From Macrostomum lignano (taxonomy: Eukaryota), in contig NIVC01001009.1 of assembly GCA_002269645.1 (NCBI GenBank), positions 318,424-382,423 of the forward strand: DNA of 64,000 bases, read 5' to 3'. Below the pieces are notes generated by a model. It searched no databases, had not been told where the DNA came from, and was given only the letters and a program-made list of their open reading frames with translations. Positions 54,479 through 64,000 of the stretch are shown here, in pieces. How positions within the stretch are numbered: the stretch's first letter is position 1; every line of letters begins with the position of its first letter. The translations under genes and the position numbers were made by a program.

Positions 54479-57400
54479 ATGTGCGAAAGCGCCTTCGCCG
54501 CATTCGGCGGTGGCGGCGGTATCAGCAGTCCAGAATGTGCAGGCGCCACAGGCGGGCCGCAGCAGCAGCAGCACTGGCGACTAGGATTCCTGGAAAACGC
54601 TGCTGGAAGAAGCGGCTCGGATATTAGCGGACCGAATTCTGCACTGACGGGCGTCGCCATGAACCTAATGCTGGACTCCACCGCTCAGGAGTTGGCATTC
54701 GACGAAGATTTTATGCAACCGTTTGAACCTCTGGCTTGTAAGTTTAGCGTGAGCGCTGATTTGGGGGCTGGAGAAGTCACTCCTAACCGCAATCTCTAAA
54801 TCTATCTACAAGCACACATTCTAGTACCACCTAACTCCATCTGCCACCACTATTAGCTCTATCTACCACCGCTCATTAACTCGATCTACCAAAGCTCATT
54901 AACTCTATCTACCACAGCTCATTAACTCTATCTACCACAGCTCATTAACTCTATCTACCACAGCTCATTAACTCTATCTACCACAGCTCATTAACTCGAT
55001 CTACCAAAGCTCATTAACTCTATCTACCACAGCTCATTAACTCTATCTACCACAGCTCATTAACTCGATCTACCAAAGCTCATTAACTCTATCTACCACA
55101 GCTCATTAACTCTATCTACCACAGCTCATTAACTCTATCTACCACAGCTCATTAAATCTATCTACCACAGCTCATTAACTCGATCTACCAAAGCTCATTA
55201 ACTCTATCTACCACAGCTCATTAACTCTATCTACCACAGCTCATTAACTCTATCTACCACAGCTCATTAACTCTATCTACCACAACCCAAATTATCTAGC
55301 GCAACCCCTAAAACTACCTACCACCTTCACCACTCCCAAACGCTACTACTATAGCCTACCATGGCATTATCACCCATTGTCATAATAAATGATTAATGAA
55401 CTGATCAAACCTATGTAAAATTTGTGGTTGAACTTTTATATACTCGTAAAAGCTGAGCAATATAATCCATACTGTTTCATTTCATTACTTTTCTGTTAGA
55501 ATTCTTTACAACTTCTTCCCTTTAATGAATTATTGTAGCTATACTTCCCTAGACTGTCAAAGATAATGTCGTCATACATTAATTCCTGCCCGTTTATACC
55601 CAGGCTCTTCAGTGCCATTGGCTAAGTGTCTCTTGTCTTTTTTAGATTAACTCCTTTCCTTAGTCCTATCCTTTTCTGTACTAGGGTTGTCCAGGGAGGC
55701 TCAGGGAGGCTATTCTGAAAGAGAGAATAATATTCAGATCGATATTCTGAGCTTTCAGTTCGGCGTTTGAGGGCTACTAAAGGCTAAAAGGTTTAATCCT
55801 TTTTCACTTTCTCACCCCCATAATGTGACAGAGTTTCACACTTGGTATGTGTCAATAATATTTCAACTTAAATTATGTTATAAATATTATTTATAATAGT
55901 AATCTTGTCAACATAATTAATATGCTAAGAACCTCCCTACTGATTTATTAGTAGGCCTACTAGATATCTGAGTTTGCACTTTTGTTCAACCTCTGAACAA
56001 CCCCTAGTAGAAACTGCTGCATAGTGTAGCCAATTCTGTATGGTTTTCTCCTGGGAGGTAGGGAGAGGGAAGCATGTATTCCCCACCCACTGGATACTGA
56101 CCAAGACAAGGCTAGGTAGGATCAGTGTTTCACTGACACTGTTCTGCTCCGGTCTCTGTAAGAAGCAAGCAGAAAAGTGCGAACTTCGGTTATTAATGTT
56201 CATAATTTTATAACCATAATTATTTCTTCAAAAGTTTAAAGTTTCGGCGCAAAAGATGTTTTTTATATGGAGAGCGACTTTTAGAACTTTTTTTGGTTAG
56301 CGAAAATTCGTTAGCAAGTAATACAAGATAGAGAAAAGTCTGCACTTTCTGCTTTAAAAGAAGAAAAACACAGAAAAATGCAATATAGAAGCAATTTTAA
56401 TGTTCTGTTTTTTTCTAGCGTCAAAATGTTTCTAACCGTGCATCTAGTGGCTGAGGTAGGGATGCTGGCTGTTGACTCGGGCTGTGTGGGCGGCTGATGC
56501 CTAATGGCCCACTGGGTGCAAGCTCGGCAAATCCAGCAATTGAAAGTGTGCGTATGGGGTTTCTCTCTCTCTCAGTCTTTCCTGCTCTCTCTACTTGCTT
56601 AGTCATCAATCTAAATCATACACTAGCATCCCGCGGTGCGGTTTCTTTCTTAGAAAAAAGTTACGATAGGAAACTTGTTTCAGTGGTTGTAGGGGCGTCG
56701 CCATGGATTTTTTGGTGGGGGGGGGGGACAAAGCCAATAATTATACATGTACATGTACATGACTAAATTCTTACATGTACATTATTTTCAGAATCGGTGT
56801 TGTCAGCAGTTATTTTAACGCAGCAGGCACTCATTTTAGCGCAGCAGGCACTCATTTTAGCGCAGCAGGCACTCATTTTAGCGCAGCAGGCACTCATTTT
56901 AGCGCCTCGAGCACTCATTTTAGCGCCTCGAGCACTCATTTTAGCGCAGCAGGCACTCATTTTAGCGCAGCAGGCACTCATTTTAGCGCAGCAGGCACTC
57001 ATTTTAGCGCCTCGGGCACTCATTTTAGCGCCGCAGGCACTCATTTTGGCGCTGCAGGCACTGATTTTGGCGCTGCAGGCACTATGTATTGTCGCCCTGC
57101 AGCAAAATTATTGATTTCCATAACGGGTCACAAGATGGGGTGGGGGGGGGGGGCAAAGCATTGGCATGTCCCCCCCCGTTGGCGACGCCCCTGAATGGTT
57201 GTAAGCTGTATCAAAGCTTCTACTTGGAATCTTGCGAATGGATGTTTGTCAGAAATTGGCACTGTTACCATGTTGAATCTATAGGTTTTACTAGCTATAA
57301 TAAACAATTCATAATTGTTCATAATAAACAACAAGATGTAGTAAAATCTCTATGTTTTCTATGATTGAACGAGAATTTGAGCTATTTAGGCACAAGCTCC

Positions 57401-60400
57401 AGCCCCAGGTTGAATTGCACCATCCCCAAGACTAATTTTTGCACACACATTGAAAACTGCATTACCGTGACAAGAATTGTCAGTCTTTTCAAACAACTCA
57501 CTTGTGACTCTAGCCACTCTGGGGCGATTCTTGCTCCTTTTTAACGACTCAAACGACTGTAATGCGATTGAGAGGCGAATTTTATAAAAGAAGTTGCAAA
57601 AATGTCGTCTAAGAGTCGCTGTGTAGCGCTTAACTTTCTACTGACTCTAGTAGACTGAATAGAGTTGTTATAGATACGAAATGCGGTCGTACTTTATGAA
57701 GTGAACCCACAGTCGCTTTGACGACTTTTTGGCGACTTGTACCATGATATCCCATTCTTTTTCGAGTCGTTTTAGAGTCACTTCTTTTCTGTTTTACCTG
57801 TGTTACCTGCAACGACGCTGAGGCGATGCAAGTGACTTTGGGACGCTTCTGGGCCTAGGTATCGGGCCCACACTGCAGTCATCGTCAATCAAAGAAAGAA
57901 ACTTCAAAAAGGAGGTTCTGATTATGTTAACAGTAAAACAGCTAAGAGACTGATCGTCTACATTTTCTTCAATTGCGTCATCGCCTTAACAGGGGCAAGC
58001 CTAGCCAATCTACAAATCAAAAATATCCAAACACCTCAATTGAACCCGCAGACAAGTCAGCGTCCCAGCACAGTGCCAATGGCCAACCAATCGATATGCT
58101 GTTGGACATGTCTCAAAGCGACTCGTGTCTGCTTTTGCAACAACAACAAAAACAACAGCAGCAACAACAACAACAGCAACAGAAGCAACAGCAGAGTGCT
58201 CAAGATCGGCAAGCCTACTGCTCAGACGAGGCGATGGCGCTGGCGACCACTCCGACACCGCCATTAACAGCAGCTTCGCAGGATGGCGGCTACTCGGCCG
58301 ATGACAGCGAGTCAGGCGTAGGCGTCGGCGGCGTCTGTCAACGTTTGCTGGCCGCATCGCCTCCGTCCACTAGGGAGCGATACCGCCTGGTGGTCGGGCT
58401 GGAGGCCTCCGGGACAGCTTCCGAGTTGGGAAAGAATAAAACTGGTTAGTGTTTTCCATCTTGTATTACGAGTATTGCTTTTAGGAGTATGTCTACCACT
58501 GGTAAACGCTCCTAACTTCAAACCACCCTTTAATAACTTTTGGAACCTTTAGAATCGTCCTTTGTTTAGAAAATTTGTTTATTACCGTTATGCAGTATAC
58601 AATCACCATTGTTCGAATTTTAGGCGTTGCCATAGCAACTAGAGGCGCTGCGACAGCGACGGAATCTGGCGCAAACACGACCACGTGGCGCCGATTGAAA
58701 AGCAGCGCCGGCAACCGGCTGGCATCTTGGCGCGCTTTAAGCGAAATTGCGCGAGTACCGCCTACCATGGCAACCTCGCTTAGATTAGATAGCAACAAAG
58801 ACTTCTGCTTGGACAAAGACTGCACAGAAGAAGCCGCCAACGTTGTCTCGCCCTGGTCAGAGCGAGCTCAGTACTCCGGCACTCTGCTCGAGCTGTTCCA
58901 GCGATCGCGAAGGCGCAACAGCTCGCGGGACGGCTCGCACGGTTCGCTCCTGTCTGTCGCCGCCGCTGCCGCCGCTGCTGCCACAGCTGCCGCTTCCTCG
59001 TCGGCTTCGTCGACTCCAGCCGATCGTCAAAGCGTCGCCTGCCAGTTCCCGCCTGCCGCTGGCTTGTCGGCGCATTTAAGAAGGCAACGCGCCGGCGGCG
59101 GCCCCTTGCCTAGCGGCCTTGGCTTCCTTGGCGACCCTCTGCCTCCGCCACCACCGCCGCCTCCGCCGCCTGGCGACACCAGCGACTCCGGCATCGACAC
59201 GCCTGGAGCTGCTGCGGCCAGTTCGAGTTGCAGCACCGTCGTCTGTCGGAAATGCGGCTGCCGTCAGCGACCGTTGAAGTCATGCCTACTTGGGGGCGGG
59301 GGCGGCGGCAATGTCGGTGGTGCTGGCGACGAAGCCGACGTCGATTCTTCGTCTTCGTCCTCGTCGGAGTCAGTTATCGATGCGGACATTGCCGCTGCCG
59401 CAGCTGCCGCCGACAATGACGCCGCTGCTGCAGCAGCCGACGATGGCGCTGGCAGTAACGGCGGATTCCGCGCTAAAAAGTCCGTGTCCTTCTGCGACCG
59501 GCCACCGTCGGCGCCGACGTCCGCACCAACTAATCGACGATCGACATCGAGGAAAAATTCGGCGGCTGGACTGTCGACAGCTACGGCTAATGCGTCGACG
59601 TCGACTTCAAAGTCGAAGATTCGTAGGCCGCTTAGTTTGCAGCTGAACGATTTGACAACTAATGTTATACCGAAACAGGTAATGCTCAGTTGTTTCATCT
59701 TGTAACCTTCGTTGTTTATCTATCCTATTGTTATTGAAATTAACTACCAATCTGATGCTTAACCAATATGTATCGAAAGTAAACACCCGCAACGATAATC
59801 TAAGGTTGGTCTATACGGCGGCGACAGCGACAGTCCGCCTCTGCTGTTCCACGGCTCACCGCCGGAATCGCCGCGTGCTGTTGGCGAAAAATCGCATCGA
59901 CAACGCTTGCAGACTCTCGTCAGCGACGCAATCCGTGGCGTTAACGACCTGCTGCTGGCGATCGCCTCTGGCGGCGACCCGCAGTCAGCCGCGGCCCGCA
60001 GGCTTTGCCCACCGTTGCACGGCCTGCTGACTGACGAGTTGCTGGCGCCTGGCAGCGGCGGCGCTGCCTCCTCGACGTCTTCGGCCGCGTCGCCTGCTGC
60101 GCCATCGTCAGCGGTGACTGCTAGTAGTCGTCTTGGATTCGGAGTGGTGAAAAATCGCTCTCACCTGTGGCAGATGATCGAAGAGTCCTGCAAACCCGGT
60201 ATGGCGGGTTTTGGTTCTGTCGTAATGCATCGAAAAGTTTTAGTTGCCAAAACCGCATTTAGTTGTTTGTTTTGCCTATATGAGGCGAAAATTGGATTTT
60301 ATCTTTGACTTTATTGATATGTAAAAAAGTACTATTAAATATGCTGCTACGTATGTAAAATGGGCGTAGTTACGAGCATATCCGCTAAATGTATATCTTT

Positions 60401-61747
60401 AGAATTACCGATATGTATCGGACGTGTTTATTACTTTGCTAGTTACCATTTTATCATCCCTACTACATTTTCTAGGCCCGTACAACACTCTGTTTAGCGA
60501 AGCGTTGCGTTCTGTTCGAAGTATCAGCGGTCTATCTCTTGAACGGCTTAAATTTAATGCTTTTGTTATGGCCTGCCTAAAGTGAGTTAGATCACCTCCA
60601 AGCTATCAAGTTTCTCTAACTTTAAATCTTTAACCACCCTTTTCCCAGGTAATAAAACTTCTCTAGCCACCTAAATTTACATCACCTCGTTTCTACAAGT
60701 AATAAAATTTCTCTGCCCCTAAATATACACCACCTTTTTCCCCAGGCAATAAAACTTCTCTAGCCCCTAAATGTACACCACCCTTTCCCCAGGCGATAAA
60801 ACTTCTCTAGCCCCTAAATGTACACCACCCCTTTCCCCAGGCGATAAAACTTCTCTAGCCCTAAATGTACACCACCCCTTTCCCCAGGCGATAAAACTTC
60901 TCTAGCCCCTAAATGTACACCACCCCTTTCCCCAGGCGATAAAACTTCTCTAAGTCCTAAGTGTACATCACCTCGTTTCTACAAGCAATAAAATTTCTCT
61001 GCCCCTTACTGTACCTTTCGCTCCGCAGCACTCGCATCCTACTAAGCTGGCTAGTTGAACTAGCTCGCAACGAGGCCCTATTAAAGCGTTACTACCGACA
61101 GACAGCCTTCATACGAGGCTGTCACAATCGCTATTGCGAACTTTTTGCTGAATTTGAACCACCGCTCTGGAGCTTCTATTGTCGCACGCTTTCGCCTTCG
61201 ATTTAACATGCCCGGGGGCGGCGAGACTGCGACTGGTATCACTACTACTAGTACTACGAATACTACTGTTAGTAGCGCCAATGCACCAAATGTTTCACTC
61301 ACTAGGCAGCGCTCGTCCGAACTGCCACCGCAGCCACCGCCGCCTCCGCTGCCAGTTCGTCGTCAACAAATGATATCAGCTGATAGGCAGGCGGCCTGTT
61401 CTCAGCAGGCGTTAAAAGTCACGCGCGTGGCTGGACTCAGGCCGCCGCCGCCGCCACCGCCGCCGCACATGACTGGTGCAACTGCTGCCACTACTACCAC
61501 TGCTACCACTACTGTTACATCGCCTAACGCCCTGGTTACACCGCCAAGCAGAGTGATTCCAACTAAACCGGCTAGGCCGCGAGGAATTCGGTCGACTCTG
61601 TCCGGTTTGATGCGTCGCAATGGTGGCGGCGCTGGCGCAGCCTCTGGCAGCGGTGCTACACCAGCAGCAGGCGTCAATGCTAGCCAGAGGGTACCTAAGC
61701 AAACTACCGCCGCCAGAAGCAGCGGCACAAGTCGTAAAGCGACCTAG
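54479..61747 (+). CDS. RUN-domain protein, RUSC1/RUSC2-like, with low-complexity polyQ/A/P/S regions; apparent frameshift in last exon
   Basis: Exons 54479-54737, ~58052-58444 (acceptor uncertain), 58624-59678, 59805-60198, 60476-60581 and 61029-61747. RUN motifs: RLCPPLHGLLTD, HLWQMIEES..GP, LKFNAFVMACLN.RILLSWL..L..N..LLKRYY...AF. Confidence 0.75.
54815..55283. repeat. 23-bp minisatellite (TAACTCTATCTACCACAGCTCAT)n
   Basis: Directly visible; starts just inside the intron after 54737. Confidence 0.95.
56690..57193. mobile_element. hAT-type MITE containing a 21-bp array (CAGCAGGCACTCATTTTAGCG)n at ~56815-57082
   Basis: TIR AGGGGCGTCGCCA / TGGCGACGCCCCT, 8-bp TSD AGTGGTTG/AATGGTTG. Confidence 0.82.
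60640..61000. repeat. 47-48-bp tandem repeat in the last intron of the RUN gene
   Basis: CCCCAGGCGATAAAACTTCTCTAGCCCCTAAATGTACACC recurs. Confidence 0.93.
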
Positions 61748-62194
61748 CTATGAATTGCTAATAATGGTATTGTCAAAGTTTTATATCGAATAAAATGGTC
61801 TTCCCACTGATTGATCTTCAAGAGAAATGGGGTATTTAGTTTCATTGCGTTTCCTATAATAATTTTATTAGTAGAGTTTGAATATTTACAGTCTATATTG
61901 TTCTGTCTTAGCCCAGTCAAACACGCGCATAGCGCACGCGGCCATGGTGTACAGTGGCCTTTTGAATTTCTAATGTTCAAGCAATGTAACCTCGCAGTTA
62001 CTAAAGTAACTAGTTATGTCTCTCGCAATTGAAGTTTTGAAAAAAGTAGAGCGTCTACTCTTTCCTCAGTAGTCTGTATAGTGGCACTTGATTTTTTTGT
62101 GGCAGCTAAAATTTCCTTTACTTTTTGGAAGGTTTGCAGCTTCTGTGGAATTGTGCCTGTTTAATTCAATGTACGCAATTGAACGTAAGACAGA

Positions 62195-62460
62195 CGAAAC
62201 TCAGCTCAGCCAATGGTAGAGCAGTGAGGAGAGAGGGCAGTGCCCCAGACGGACGAGAGCCTACGGGCTGGCCCAATGAGAGGGCAGTTAGACGGACGAA
62301 ACTCAGCCTCAGCCAATGAGAGGGCAGTTAGCCGGACGAAACTCAGCCTCAGCCAATGAGAGGGCAGTTAGCGGACGAAACTCAGCCTCAGCCAATGAGA
62401 GGGCAGTTAAACGGACGAACTCAGCCTAGGGCTGGCCCAATTTATCTCAGCCAATGAGAG
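62195..62460. repeat. 40-bp tandem repeat containing CCAAT (ACTCAGCCTCAGCCAATGAGAGGGCAGTTAG..GACGAA)
   Basis: Period of 40 at 62301/62341; ~5 degenerate units. Confidence 0.88.
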
Positions 62461-64000
62461 AGCAGTAAGGAGAGAGATCAAAGACACAAGCGGGCAAGAG
62501 GAAAGCCAAACTGTTTATCAGCCTGTCTGGGGTTGGGGCGCCATCCCACTAGTTTTGGGTGCATCCCTCGAACAGGCTGAAGACTAAAAGGATACGAGCT
62601 CGTAAGCGCACTTTTTGCGAAGAGTATATCAAGTTATTCTAGTATCTGTGGTGTAAACCTTGCACGACAAATGATCAGTAGTACATCAGTTGTAGTTTTG
62701 CTACTTGATTATCATGGAGCATCTCATATGCAAAAATTTTTTTTTATCAGTTGGCAATCAGTTTTCCTTTTTTGTCTGTCTCTACTGCTATAAATTGTAT
62801 GACGAACTGTTATGAAGCGCTATTATACACACCGCTAGTCTAATTTGTATTTTGGCTATTAATCTAATCCTATCTATTAATTCGCAATTACTGTGTGTAT
62901 TATGGATCATTTTTTCGTTTTATATTATATTCTCGTATTAAAATCTTATCAAATCATAAAAATATTAAATTATGATTAAAATTTTCTCGTCAAACCTGTC
63001 TTTCCTCTGTCAGTTGGTTTTATTAACGAATTTAGATTTAATGTCTGTCGTTTTTAGTTCAATAAATTAGGATCATATGTCTTATTGACCAGATCAAGTA
63101 TTTATGTATAATGTACTAATAAACTACTGTTAGTATGCGCCTCATAATTGATACGATTACGACTCCTTGTGTGAAATGAATTTCGATTTCTAATCTTCAT
63201 TTACTTTGCCTGCAATCTGTTTGGTCTTGTGGAATTTCTAGTGGCGTGTCCTGTTGTCGCGTATTTTCTTTTTCTTAATACATTGCCCTTTGTTGCTTAC
63301 TTCGCTTTAAACAAAGACCTATTGAAGGTTTCAGTGAAGCAATGCTATATCGTTAGTTACTTTTTACCAACAATATTGAGTATTGTCGCTTCCATAATAT
63401 AGCTATGCAAGTCGCTGAGCTTTCATAGAATTCAGACCCGGATTTAAATCTAATCTCCATTAAACTTCCTTGATTGTCATGTCGCTTATTTTTGTCTTTC
63501 CGATCAAAATTATCTTTATTAATAACTTTAGGCATTACCTGTTCACTGTTTGCTTACTTTTCATTTGCCTGCTTACTAAGTCCACTGATTCGTTTTATTA
63601 TGAGTTCATATTGTAGTTGAGCATGTCCGCATCTCTATCTTCTTCTAGTCAAACGCTTGCTGCTGCGCACTTGTGTTTACTTTTGTTAATATAAATTTAT
63701 TGCGCTGATTTCTTTTTCTGTACCATCGGTGACTCGTCAGTAGTAAGTATTTTTATTTTATATTGTTAAATTCGGATTTAAATACTGAAATTGAGTAAGT
63801 AGTGTGTTATTGCTCATTTATCTTGAAGTTTTCTGACAAAATTCATCATTTTACAAATAAAAATACTCTTGTCGATTTTATAATATACTACTGATATAGT
63901 TGAGAACTTATTAGTAGTATCAAAATTTTCGCCATTTGCTGGGCATCGTGTCTGCCATTCGTGAGTGACTGTTGCTTCCTTTTGTGCTTTTTATATATTC

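Overview
Eukaryotic, intron-rich and repeat-dense animal DNA. GC-rich exons, RTE-type LINEs, WSC-domain genes and many minisatellites suggest a free-living flatworm such as Macrostomum (inference only). Gene models were reconstructed by hand from splice signals and phase. They comprise an equilibrative nucleoside transporter (+, 18.5-21.5 kb), three paralogous two-exon secreted WSC + PAN/Apple-like genes (+, 24.3, 28.0 and 35.9 kb), and a 14-exon ~1454-aa DUF4062-NACHT/STAND-TPR gene (TTC41/NPHP3-like; -, 32.8-50.1 kb). The introns of the STAND gene host one of the WSC-PAN genes, a non-canonical class A GPCR, a ~1.05-kb pure (GATA)n tract and a ~2-kb 30-bp satellite. A RUSC-like RUN-domain gene (+, 54.5-61.7 kb) has an apparent frameshift in its last exon. 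The first 18 kb is a nest of transposon fossils: Gypsy, hAT, a twin-primed RTE LINE, MULE/hAT MITEs and a HINE-like element. Several MITEs carry internally amplified tandem arrays. Sharply bounded CpG-depleted blocks point to regional methylation-driven mutation. Most long ORFs in the supplied track are artefacts of tandem repeats. No rRNA, intact tRNA or CRISPR array was seen.
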